Positions 56,106 through 64,000 of a stretch of DNA of 64,000 nt are shown here, in pieces (the stretch's first letter is position 1; the number at the start of each line of letters is the position of its first letter). Under the pieces are notes generated by a model, which worked only from the letters and a program-made list of their open reading frames with translations, ran no database searches and was not told the origin of the DNA. Origin of the DNA: a virus (Duplodnaviria > Caudoviricetes); the IMG/VR virus record IMGVR_UViG_3300020360_000085, positions 160,001 through 224,000 of that record; one strand, given 5' to 3'. The translations under genes were made by a program, and so were the position numbers.

Positions 56106-56157
56106 CTAAATATCACTGTACAATAAAGTACAACACACATACACACAGGAGAAAAAA

Positions 56158-56373
56158 ATGTCAGAATATAGATCTGGGTTCGATATCAGAACCATGTTAC
56201 TTTCACAAGCACAAAGTATCCATATGGATAACTATGATAGAATGAAAGAATCAGTTTTTACACACAATGATCTCTTTCCTAATGATAAGAAAGAACTTCC
56301 TGCAGTAGAAATATCTGCAGAAGATATTATTGCAACTGCAAAAGAACTGAACACATTTGTAAGTGAAAAATAA
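56158..56373 (+). CDS. small conserved phage protein
   Basis: GFDIRTMLLSQAQ...AEDIIATAKELNTFV; TAAATA at 56107 and acacacAGGAG leader. Confidence 0.7.
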   Translation: MSEYRSGFDIRTMLLSQAQSIHMDNYDRMKESVFTHNDLFPNDKKELPAVEISAEDIIATAKELNTFVSEK

Positions 56374-56400
56374 AAAAAGGGCGGTATAAAACCGCCCCTT
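56372..56400 (-). terminator. rho-independent terminator between convergent genes
   Basis: GGGCGGT/ACCGCCC stem with an A-tract on +. Confidence 0.85.
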
Positions 56401-56427
56401 AAATAGTCTTTAAACTATTGGATTACA

Positions 56428-59400
56428 TTACACATAGTTGTAATGAACTGTTGCCACCATGGCACCTGCAGTGGTTGTTGCCGCTGAGGATCCATTAGAT
56501 TGCATAAACTGTACTTGAACAGTTGCATTTTTTGTAAGTGTATCATCACCATCTAATTCAATGATGTAAGATCCGGCCGTTGCCGCATCGGCATCTGAAG
56601 AAGCAACTAATGTGTCTCCTGATCCACCATTTTCTTTAATTAGTATGTGGTTAAATGATCCACCACTAAATGCTGTACTTACTTTTAATACAATTTTATC
56701 TGCGTAATAAGTTCTACCTGAAACATTTGGTACTGTACCAATGTTAAAAGTTGTATCTGAACTGTTTGCAGTAAATGTACTTCTAAGTATAAGTCCATCA
56801 CCACCGTTATTGTCAACATAGTCTTTAACAGCCGCTGAAGTTGGTATTGTAGTATCATTATCATTGTTACTAATACCATCTGATTCATCAACAAACTTAG
56901 TAATTGATATACTCTCACCTGAGTCTGTTAATGTTCCAAAACTTACAGCACCACTGATTGTAGCACTTGTACCTATAAATCCAGCCGCTTCAAAATTTGT
57001 TGCCGCTAATGTTAGGTCGCCACTGCCACTACCGTCTGCAGTAGTTGTTGCCGCCACAAACCTATCAACACTTTGGTCCCATCCTAAGAATCCGTTGTTA
57101 CCATCTGATCCTCTTTCGTAAATGTGACCTATGTCATTAGGGTTAGCACCTGATAATCCAGACTGTAGAACAACTAATGTATCTGCAATAGTTGTGTTAG
57201 TCGAATTTACACTTGTTGTTGTACCACTAACTGTTAAGTTACCACCAACTGTAACATCACTTGAGAAAGCACCAGTTGTTGCTCCACTAAGAGCACCACC
57301 TGTTAAAGTTGCTGTTCCGTCTGTTAATGTTGTTGATGTAACACTTGTTAAACCTGTCAAAGTTGCATCTAGGTTTACAGTTAATGTATTACCACTTCCT
57401 ACTGTAGTGATATTAGTACCACCAGCAATATCAAGTGTTTCTGAGTCTAGATCAATTGCTAAAGCACCACCACTATCGCCTTGGAAGTCCAAGTCTTGTG
57501 CAGTAAGTTGAGTATCAACGTATGCTTTAACTGATTGCTGTGTAGGAACAAGTGAAGCACTATCACTAGCCATGTTGTCTTCGTCAACAAATGCTGTAAT
57601 TGTGATTGAACCGTCACTTAATGATCCGTATTGTACAGTACCACTTGCTGTGATGTTTGTTGCACCTGTAATAGCACCACTAGAAGCACTTAACGTACCA
57701 TCTGTTAGTGTACCACCTTGTACTGAGCCACTGAATGTAGCCGCAACACCACCAGTTAGTGTACCGTCGGATAAAGTTGCCGCACCGTCAGTAATAGCAC
57801 CAGCAGTAACTAGGTTACCTGCTGTTATGTTGCCACTTACTGTTGGAGCATTAACAAGTCCTACTGTAATTGTGTTGTTAGTAACTGCTGTTTCGATCTC
57901 ATTACTTGTACCTGAAATAGTTAGTTTTTCACCACCATTTACAGTATCCTCAGTACCACTATCAGCATCAATATTGAAACTTGTTGTTATTGAGGTATTA
58001 GAGGCCGCTGTTATACGTCCTTGAGCGTCAACAGTAATTACTGGAACTGCTGTTGCGCCACCATATGAGCCAGCACTTACGGCTGTATTATCTAGATTTA
58101 ATGTTACTGTTTGGCTACCTGCCGCGGATGTAAGACCTGTACCACCTGCAATAGTTAGTGACTGTGAGTCTAAGTCGACAGCACCTGTTCCACTATCACC
58201 TGCAAGGTCTAAGTCTTGTGCAGTAATATTTGTATCTACATAATTTTTAACTGCCGCTGATGTAGGTATAGATGTGTCATTGTCATTACTTCCAATGCCA
58301 TCACTTTCATCAACGAATTTTGTGACTGCAATTGACTCACCTGAGTCTGTTAGAGTTCCAAAACTTATAACACCTGAAGCAGTTAAGTTTACAGCACCTG
58401 TCATAGATCCTGAAGCAATTTCCATTGTTCCATCTTTAAATCTACCTGCTGTTACATTACCACTTGCTGTAACTGTTGTTGCACCACTTAAAGCACCACT
58501 TGTTAGTGTTGCTGTTCCGTCTGTAAGTGAACCACCTGTTACTGCACCTGTTGTTGTATATGCACCTGCTTTAACTGTTTCTGAACCGAAGTCCCATTGA
58601 GTTGTAGCCGCTTTATAAAGTATCTGTTTGATACTTCCGTTTGCATTTGCTTCGAAACCAGCATCGGTATTTGCACCGCCACTGTTTACTCTAAATATTG
58701 CGTCTGCTGTTTCAACTGTTGTTGAATTTACTGTTGTCTGTGTACCTTGTACCGTTAGGTTACCTGTAATAATCGCATCACCTGTAAGACTAACTGTTGT
58801 TGCTGTAATGTCATCTGAAAGGAAACTACCTGTTACGGTTAAGTTATTCCCTACTGTGACATTATTTGGTAATCCAATTTGGATTTGGTTATCTGAAACT
58901 GTTGTTTCGATTTCGTTACTTGTACCCACAAAGTTTAGGGTGTCTGTACCAACTGTAACAGTATCATCTGAACCGGAATCTGCTCCGATTGTCAATGTGC
59001 TAGATGTAGAAGCAGTACTTACTGCTGTAATTCTACCTTTAGCATCTACTGTTATAACTGGAATAGCACTACTGCCACCATAACTACCAGCACTAACACC
59101 TGAGGCCGCCAACGTTGTTGTCAACGTTATGTTTTGACTACCGTCAAAAGTTGTAGCACCTGCAGTTGTATCACCTGCTATTGTTATCGTTCTACCTGTT
59201 TCAAGTACGGTTGCATTTGCGGCCGTACCTGTTAAGTCACCAGTAATTGCACCAGAGGCGTTGACAGTTGTAAAACTACCTGCCGCCGCAGAAGCGCCGC
59301 CAATGACTGTGCCATCGATTGCACCGCCATCAATATTGACGTTATTACTGGCCTGTGTAGCAATATTGCCTAAGCCTAAATTTGTTCTGGCGTCTCCGGC

Positions 59401-59739
59401 ACCTGTTGCACCTGTACCACCATTTGCAACTGGTAATGTACCACTTACATCTGATCCTAATGCAACTGCACCTGCAGACATAGTACCTGATGAAACCTTA
59501 ATAACACCTGATGATGAACTAAAGTTTTGCCCTGTACCACCGAACTGAGTACCTATAGCAGTACCATTCCAAGTACCACTACCTACTGTACCGAAACGAA
59601 CATCTTCCAGAGTGGAACCATTTGATTGCGTGAAGTCAAATCTGGTATTACTTGAGTCGTAGACAAGTCTACCACCACTTTTACCCATTTGCACGTCGGC
59701 CGCAATACCTTTGATTCCAAAGTTCTTAATGTCAGCCAT
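56428..59739 (-). CDS. tail fibre / virion structural protein
   Basis: 1103 aa, G/S/T/A-rich; repeated GSYGG..AIPVITVDA.GRITA and PTSAAVK.YVD modules. Confidence 0.8.
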   Translation of the reverse strand: MADIKNFGIKGIAADVQMGKSGGRLVYDSSNTRFDFTQSNGSTLEDVRFGTVGSGTWNGTAIGTQFGGTGQNFSSSSGVIKVSSGTMSAGAVALGSDVSGTLPVANGGTGATGAGDARTNLGLGNIATQASNNVNIDGGAIDGTVIGGASAAAGSFTTVNASGAITGDLTGTAANATVLETGRTITIAGDTTAGATTFDGSQNITLTTTLAASGVSAGSYGGSSAIPVITVDAKGRITAVSTASTSSTLTIGADSGSDDTVTVGTDTLNFVGTSNEIETTVSDNQIQIGLPNNVTVGNNLTVTGSFLSDDITATTVSLTGDAIITGNLTVQGTQTTVNSTTVETADAIFRVNSGGANTDAGFEANANGSIKQILYKAATTQWDFGSETVKAGAYTTTGAVTGGSLTDGTATLTSGALSGATTVTASGNVTAGRFKDGTMEIASGSMTGAVNLTASGVISFGTLTDSGESIAVTKFVDESDGIGSNDNDTSIPTSAAVKNYVDTNITAQDLDLAGDSGTGAVDLDSQSLTIAGGTGLTSAAGSQTVTLNLDNTAVSAGSYGGATAVPVITVDAQGRITAASNTSITTSFNIDADSGTEDTVNGGEKLTISGTSNEIETAVTNNTITVGLVNAPTVSGNITAGNLVTAGAITDGAATLSDGTLTGGVAATFSGSVQGGTLTDGTLSASSGAITGATNITASGTVQYGSLSDGSITITAFVDEDNMASDSASLVPTQQSVKAYVDTQLTAQDLDFQGDSGGALAIDLDSETLDIAGGTNITTVGSGNTLTVNLDATLTGLTSVTSTTLTDGTATLTGGALSGATTGAFSSDVTVGGNLTVSGTTTSVNSTNTTIADTLVVLQSGLSGANPNDIGHIYERGSDGNNGFLGWDQSVDRFVAATTTADGSGSGDLTLAATNFEAAGFIGTSATISGAVSFGTLTDSGESISITKFVDESDGISNNDNDTTIPTSAAVKDYVDNNGGDGLILRSTFTANSSDTTFNIGTVPNVSGRTYYADKIVLKVSTAFSGGSFNHILIKENGGSGDTLVASSDADAATAGSYIIELDGDDTLTKNATVQVQFMQSNGSSAATTTAGAMVATVHYNYV

Positions 59740-59750
59740 TATGTTCTCCT

Positions 59751-59812
59751 AATACTAGTATTTGTTCTAATTCGAATTAAACGGTTTTTTGCTGAACCGT
59801 TACAAGTATTTA
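59751..59812 (-). promoter_or_regulatory. late promoter and palindrome-rich leader
   Basis: TAAATA at 59807-59812; AACGGTT/AACCGTT hairpin; palindromes TAATTCGAATTA and AATACTAGTATT before AGGAG. Confidence 0.55.
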
Positions 59813-59832
59813 TCTTAAATTAAGGAATTTGT

Positions 59833-61848
59833 TTAGACGTATGTTAGTTTGACTGTAACGTTTCCGTTCGATGCAGAGTAATGATTACAACGTACCCTAA
59901 TAGTTTGGTCTTGAGTTTCAGTTGCAGGGTAAACATAATCTGGAGTACATACATATGAGCCTAATGTTGTTAAATCATTACTAGGACTATCACAATATAT
60001 GTCTGCATCGCCAAGTGTTCCAACTTCAACATTTGGTAATACATTACCTGTGTAACTGCTAAATGCTGTATCAACGTCTACATAAACTGATATAATTTTT
60101 CTTCCAGGAGATATATTTCCAATGTTTTGTGTTGTACTGGTTCCAAATCCACCTGCCGGCATTGTAAATGTTGTAGTAAGTGTTTTAGCATCAACGTTTG
60201 CACTATCCTGATCTGAAACTTTGACCCAGGCACTACCTGTATAAAGATAAAGTCCCCATTCGCCGTCACCTTTATTAGTAACGTATGCTTGGTCACCTGC
60301 TTGTGAACTTAAGGCATCTCTGCTACTAACGTCTGCTACAAGTGTTGTACCTCCTGTTCTAATACCCTGTTCAATATTCAATGCTAACGGGAACATTCCA
60401 GTATGTCCACTTGCTATGCCTGTGTTTACACGAAAGTTTTCTGTACCTTCGTAAAGATCAATTGGTCCACCATCGCTTCTGGTTAGTTTTAATCTTTCAG
60501 TACCAGTTGCACTAGTAGTTGCAGGAAGTCCAGAAGTGTTACTACCGCCTACATAACCGTAGCCACCTGTGTCTGCGTTCCCATTGTATAGGTTTATTGC
60601 GTTACCGTTGCTTTCTGTAAGTGTCAGTACTGTTGCTGTTGCAGTTACAGTAAGGTTACCTATACCTGCGGCATCTATATCTGTTTTCATATCTTCTGGC
60701 GTAGATACACCTGCATACTGTGAACCGTTAGTTGTAAAGTTTACAAGAGTGTTACCACTACCACTATCTATGTATGCACTAAATGGTGTATAACCACCTA
60801 CAAGTCCGTAAATTGTGTTAGGTCCGTCAGATGTAATAATTGTTGGTGTTGGCGTTGTATTTGCAACAACACTAGTATTACTAGTATGACTGTTAATCTG
60901 TGTAGCAACTAGCGATACATTTAAATTACTGCCACTGCCATCAAAGGCAATACTTTGGCCATTTAAAGATATGGTATGAGAGTCTGGAATCTCTGGACCA
61001 TCAACATTTCCTGTTAATACTGTGGGTATAGCATCTTGTATTTTTAAAAAAGCAATTTTACCTGTATCGCTTGTTGTAAATTCTCCTGTATTGCTCACGT
61101 AAATATAATCGCCCTGTGAGCCTGGAATACTAGGCTCAAAATCTATAATCTGATTGTTAGGCATTACCATAAACTGATTAGGACCAGGTCCTGCTTCAGT
61201 TACAACACCTATCATTTTTGCCATTGTGGCTGTATTTGCTTTAGTAAATCCTGCACTACTAACAGCAACAATATCTCCTTTAGATAAACCATGAGATGTT
61301 TGCTCTAATACATAATTTTGTTGTGGATTTAAATATTCAAATCTACTTGCTACAGTAGGATAAAATTGTGCCGCCGCCGTTGTAGGCAGAGGATCTAACA
61401 TTGGTACGCCTTTCTCGTTTAGGGAAAATACAACTGCTGATCCTGAAGTAGGAGCACCATTACCTGTACTTGCTCTAAATGTATTATAACGTAGCCAGTC
61501 CTCTACAATACATGTAACACTATTTGCTGTTTTGGCTGATATGGAATGTATTTTCCAACATAATCCTGAGTTTGCCATTGCTATCCAATCGCCTACTACA
61601 ATATCTAATCCATTAAAAGAAAAGTCGTCTCTTGTTAAGTGGGAACCATGTGATTGTGCTGTAACACTAAATGTAATTTCCCATCTGTAATATTTTTTAG
61701 TTGCACCTGCACCCTCATACCACTGATCGCCTGTGCCATTCTGGTGTGGCCAATATGCGTTACCTGATACTGCTGATATACTTGTACCTAAAACTTTATT
61801 TGGTACGTTAAGTACTATTTGCGAGGATTTGAAGTTAGTTAAAGCCAT
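59833..61848 (-). CDS. virion structural protein
   Basis: 671 aa, G/T/S-rich beta protein between fibre genes; the C-terminal VKLTYV resembles ATVHYNYV of the neighbour. Confidence 0.7.
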   Translation of the reverse strand: MALTNFKSSQIVLNVPNKVLGTSISAVSGNAYWPHQNGTGDQWYEGAGATKKYYRWEITFSVTAQSHGSHLTRDDFSFNGLDIVVGDWIAMANSGLCWKIHSISAKTANSVTCIVEDWLRYNTFRASTGNGAPTSGSAVVFSLNEKGVPMLDPLPTTAAAQFYPTVASRFEYLNPQQNYVLEQTSHGLSKGDIVAVSSAGFTKANTATMAKMIGVVTEAGPGPNQFMVMPNNQIIDFEPSIPGSQGDYIYVSNTGEFTTSDTGKIAFLKIQDAIPTVLTGNVDGPEIPDSHTISLNGQSIAFDGSGSNLNVSLVATQINSHTSNTSVVANTTPTPTIITSDGPNTIYGLVGGYTPFSAYIDSGSGNTLVNFTTNGSQYAGVSTPEDMKTDIDAAGIGNLTVTATATVLTLTESNGNAINLYNGNADTGGYGYVGGSNTSGLPATTSATGTERLKLTRSDGGPIDLYEGTENFRVNTGIASGHTGMFPLALNIEQGIRTGGTTLVADVSSRDALSSQAGDQAYVTNKGDGEWGLYLYTGSAWVKVSDQDSANVDAKTLTTTFTMPAGGFGTSTTQNIGNISPGRKIISVYVDVDTAFSSYTGNVLPNVEVGTLGDADIYCDSPSNDLTTLGSYVCTPDYVYPATETQDQTIRVRCNHYSASNGNVTVKLTYV

Positions 61849-61860
61849 TAACTATACTCC

Positions 61861-63999
61861 TTAATCGTAAACCACAAACTCAATCCATGCGTGAGTGGTT
61901 GTTCCAAAACTTCTACTTGCACCTGTTTCTGCCTCTCTCAATCTCAGTTTAAGTGCTATAGTTGACGAGCCATTAAACAATGTAGGTGAACCACTGGAGC
62001 CTCCTCCTGCTAATTCTCTAAGTCCCATTGTTGTTTCTAATGGTACAACCAGATATTTGTTATTTGCGTAATCGTATCCATACATCATAATACTTGCTGG
62101 AGGATAAGTTATTGAACTATCAAATGTTACTGTTACATCTCCACCACTTGCACTATCTATACTGATACTATCTATTAAACTTGTTTTGTCAGATGTTGTG
62201 TCTAATTGTCCACTAGAGTTATAATTTAATTTAAATCTTTGTATTGTGGCACCTGAACCTCCGCCACCGCCACTAATGTTTACATTTGAAACACCTGTAA
62301 TTCTACCTTGTTGGTCAACTGTTATTTGAGCACTTTTTGATGCACTACCATATACACCTGGTGTTACGGCTGTGTTTGCCAAGTCTAGTGTAGCATCTCC
62401 TGAAGTTGCGCCTCCACTAAGTCCTGTTCCTGCCACAACACTAGTGATATCTCCACTACCACCGCCACCACTTATGGCAACGTTTGTAACATTAGTAATT
62501 CTTCCAACTGCATCTACAGTAAACTGTGGAGTTGTTGTAGCATTACCATATGTTCCTGGTGTAACAGACGTGTTTGCAAATTTATATGATATAACATTAG
62601 TTGCAACTTCTACATTCATTTCACCTGAAGTGCCAAGGAATGTTAATGTTTCAGTTGGCCCATCAAATGTATGTGTACCTGTATTACCTGCAATTCCAAA
62701 ACTTGTATTAGAAGCAGTTTGTAATACTGTTGTTAGATCTACATTACCTGATTGTCCTGATAAACTAATTACATTACCTGCTAAGGTTAAATCTTGTGCA
62801 TCTGTATCAGTATCTCTCATTTTTTGTAATACAGTTGTTAAATCTACTGTACTACCAGAGCCTGATATCGTAATAACGTTACTTGTATTATTAATGCTTA
62901 TTGTTTGGTCAACAGCACCGTCGGCACCTCTAACATTACCTGCGTCTATTGTACTTGCATTACTTAATGTAAGTATTAGATTACCTGAACCATTTACAGT
63001 AGCAGTTGATGTGCTTATTCCATCATTACCTGCGGCACCAGTGGCACCTACATTACCTTGTGGTCCTTGTACACTACCAACATCTTGTGTTGATGTGTTA
63101 CTGTATGTTAGTATTAAATTACCACCACTAATAGTAGCGGCTGTTACTCCATTACCTGTGGCACCGGTGTTACCTACGTTTCCTTGTGGACCTTGTGGTC
63201 CTGTTGCGCCTACTCCTGATAAATCTACTGTTGTTCCGTCATATGTTAAATCACTATTTGCTAGTGTTAAAGTTGGTCTACTTGCTACATCACTGAAATT
63301 ACCAGTAAATGCAACTGTGCTTAATTCTGTATTACTATTTGCTAATGCATTGGCAACTTCCGCCAAACTGTCTAAATTTACATTAGCACCGCCTATTAAT
63401 GTGTTGACTTCTGCATCAACATAGGCTTTCATATTTGTATTTGCTGTTGTTATGTCACTTGTTATTGGTATTTTAACCCAAGCACCACCATGTGCAAAGT
63501 ACATGGCCGCGTCAGCATGTGAATGAGCAATAGCACCATGGTATGTTGTAGCATTAGGAAAATCTGATTGATTTGCATAATAAAATCTAGTTTTTCCTAC
63601 ATCTACTGTGCTGTTACTTCCACTTATTGTAATTATATTTGCACTTAAAGATAATGTTTGCTGTAAAGCAGATAAGTTTGCAGATGTACCATTAGTAATT
63701 TGTAATGTTGTATTTGCGGCATTCCATGTTAAATTTTGTGCATCTCCGTCAGCAACCCAGGCATAATCACTTCCATTCCAACTTAATACCTGATTAGATG
63801 TTGCACTACTTGTATTTAAGTGTGCATCAACATTTGCGTCTGCATAATTACCTGCAACACTACCTAGTAACGATGTTAAATCTACATTACCTGATTGTCC
63901 TGTTAAACTAATTACATTACCTGCTAAGGTTAAGTCTTGTGCATCAGTATCTGTTGTTTGAGCAATCCAGGCATAATCTGAACCGTTCCAACTTAATAC
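61861..63999 (-). CDS. long tail fibre protein, 5'-truncated by the window end
   Basis: Frame stays open from 63504 to the window end (VLSWNGSDYAW x2, FPNATTYHGAIAHSHADAAMYFAHGGAW); collagen-like GPQGPQG; PGTYG...VDAVGRIT repeats. Confidence 0.85.
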   Translation of the reverse strand, partial: VLSWNGSDYAWIAQTTDTDAQDLTLAGNVISLTGQSGNVDLTSLLGSVAGNYADANVDAHLNTSSATSNQVLSWNGSDYAWVADGDAQNLTWNAANTTLQITNGTSANLSALQQTLSLSANIITISGSNSTVDVGKTRFYYANQSDFPNATTYHGAIAHSHADAAMYFAHGGAWVKIPITSDITTANTNMKAYVDAEVNTLIGGANVNLDSLAEVANALANSNTELSTVAFTGNFSDVASRPTLTLANSDLTYDGTTVDLSGVGATGPQGPQGNVGNTGATGNGVTAATISGGNLILTYSNTSTQDVGSVQGPQGNVGATGAAGNDGISTSTATVNGSGNLILTLSNASTIDAGNVRGADGAVDQTISINNTSNVITISGSGSTVDLTTVLQKMRDTDTDAQDLTLAGNVISLSGQSGNVDLTTVLQTASNTSFGIAGNTGTHTFDGPTETLTFLGTSGEMNVEVATNVISYKFANTSVTPGTYGNATTTPQFTVDAVGRITNVTNVAISGGGGSGDITSVVAGTGLSGGATSGDATLDLANTAVTPGVYGSASKSAQITVDQQGRITGVSNVNISGGGGGSGATIQRFKLNYNSSGQLDTTSDKTSLIDSISIDSASGGDVTVTFDSSITYPPASIMMYGYDYANNKYLVVPLETTMGLRELAGGGSSGSPTLFNGSSTIALKLRLREAETGASRSFGTTTHAWIEFVVYD
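62735..63955 (-). repeat. near-identical direct repeat of about 75 bp in the tail fibre gene
   Basis: DTDAQDLTLAGNVISL(S/T)GQSGNVDLT at about 62735-62810 and 63875-63950, with few nucleotide differences. Confidence 0.8.
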
Positions 64000-64000
64000 A

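Noticed and set aside
56864-59548. Series of + strand ORFs of 85-151 aa
   Set aside because: Antisense shadows of the 1103-aa fibre gene.
62372-63424. 350-aa + strand ORF
   Set aside because: Antisense shadow of the G/T/A-rich tail fibre gene; no RBS or promoter; composition mirrors the reverse codons.
56428-63999. Diversity-generating retroelement acting on the fibres
   Set aside because: No reverse transcriptase and no adenine-specific TR/VR pair; repeat differences are not A-biased.
1-64000. Stop-codon reassignment (seen in some large phages)
   Set aside because: Code 11 gives dense, full-length genes, and TAG and TGA end genes at sensible overlaps.

Overview
AT-rich (roughly 30% GC by eye) segment of a large T4-like or jumbo tailed dsDNA phage. 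The host is probably Gram-negative, judged from a phage-encoded lipoprotein and two beta-barrel outer-membrane proteins. (1) About 1-23.9 kb, + strand: a tightly coupled late cluster with eight radical-SAM paralogues that carry an N-terminal Cys-rich SPASM/twitch-like domain. It also encodes glycosyltransferase-like proteins (one with nine tandem modules), a UDP-sugar dehydrogenase, a degenerate NeuB, a carbamoyltransferase, a 2OG-Fe(II) oxygenase, a methyltransferase and a P-loop kinase. (2) About 23.9-55.5 kb, mostly - strand: early/replication genes, including PolB, a clamp-like protein, a T4 RNase H-like nuclease, glutaredoxin, a MoxR AAA ATPase, a VWA-peptidase, a SWIM protein and a HAD nucleotidase. 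This block contains a 7-deazaguanine DNA-modification operon (dpdA, folE, queE, a QueD paralogue with LxxxHRHxF) with an embedded GT4 glycosyltransferase, GalE, a PRTase and an Hc1-like protein. Ten sigma70-like promoters here all have 16-bp spacers. (3) About 56.4-64 kb: tail-fibre and virion structural genes. Two candidate structured RNAs lie at about 27.39-27.47 kb and 53.75-53.88 kb. No tRNA, rRNA, CRISPR array, integrase or transposase was seen. All product calls are from motif recognition, not database searches.
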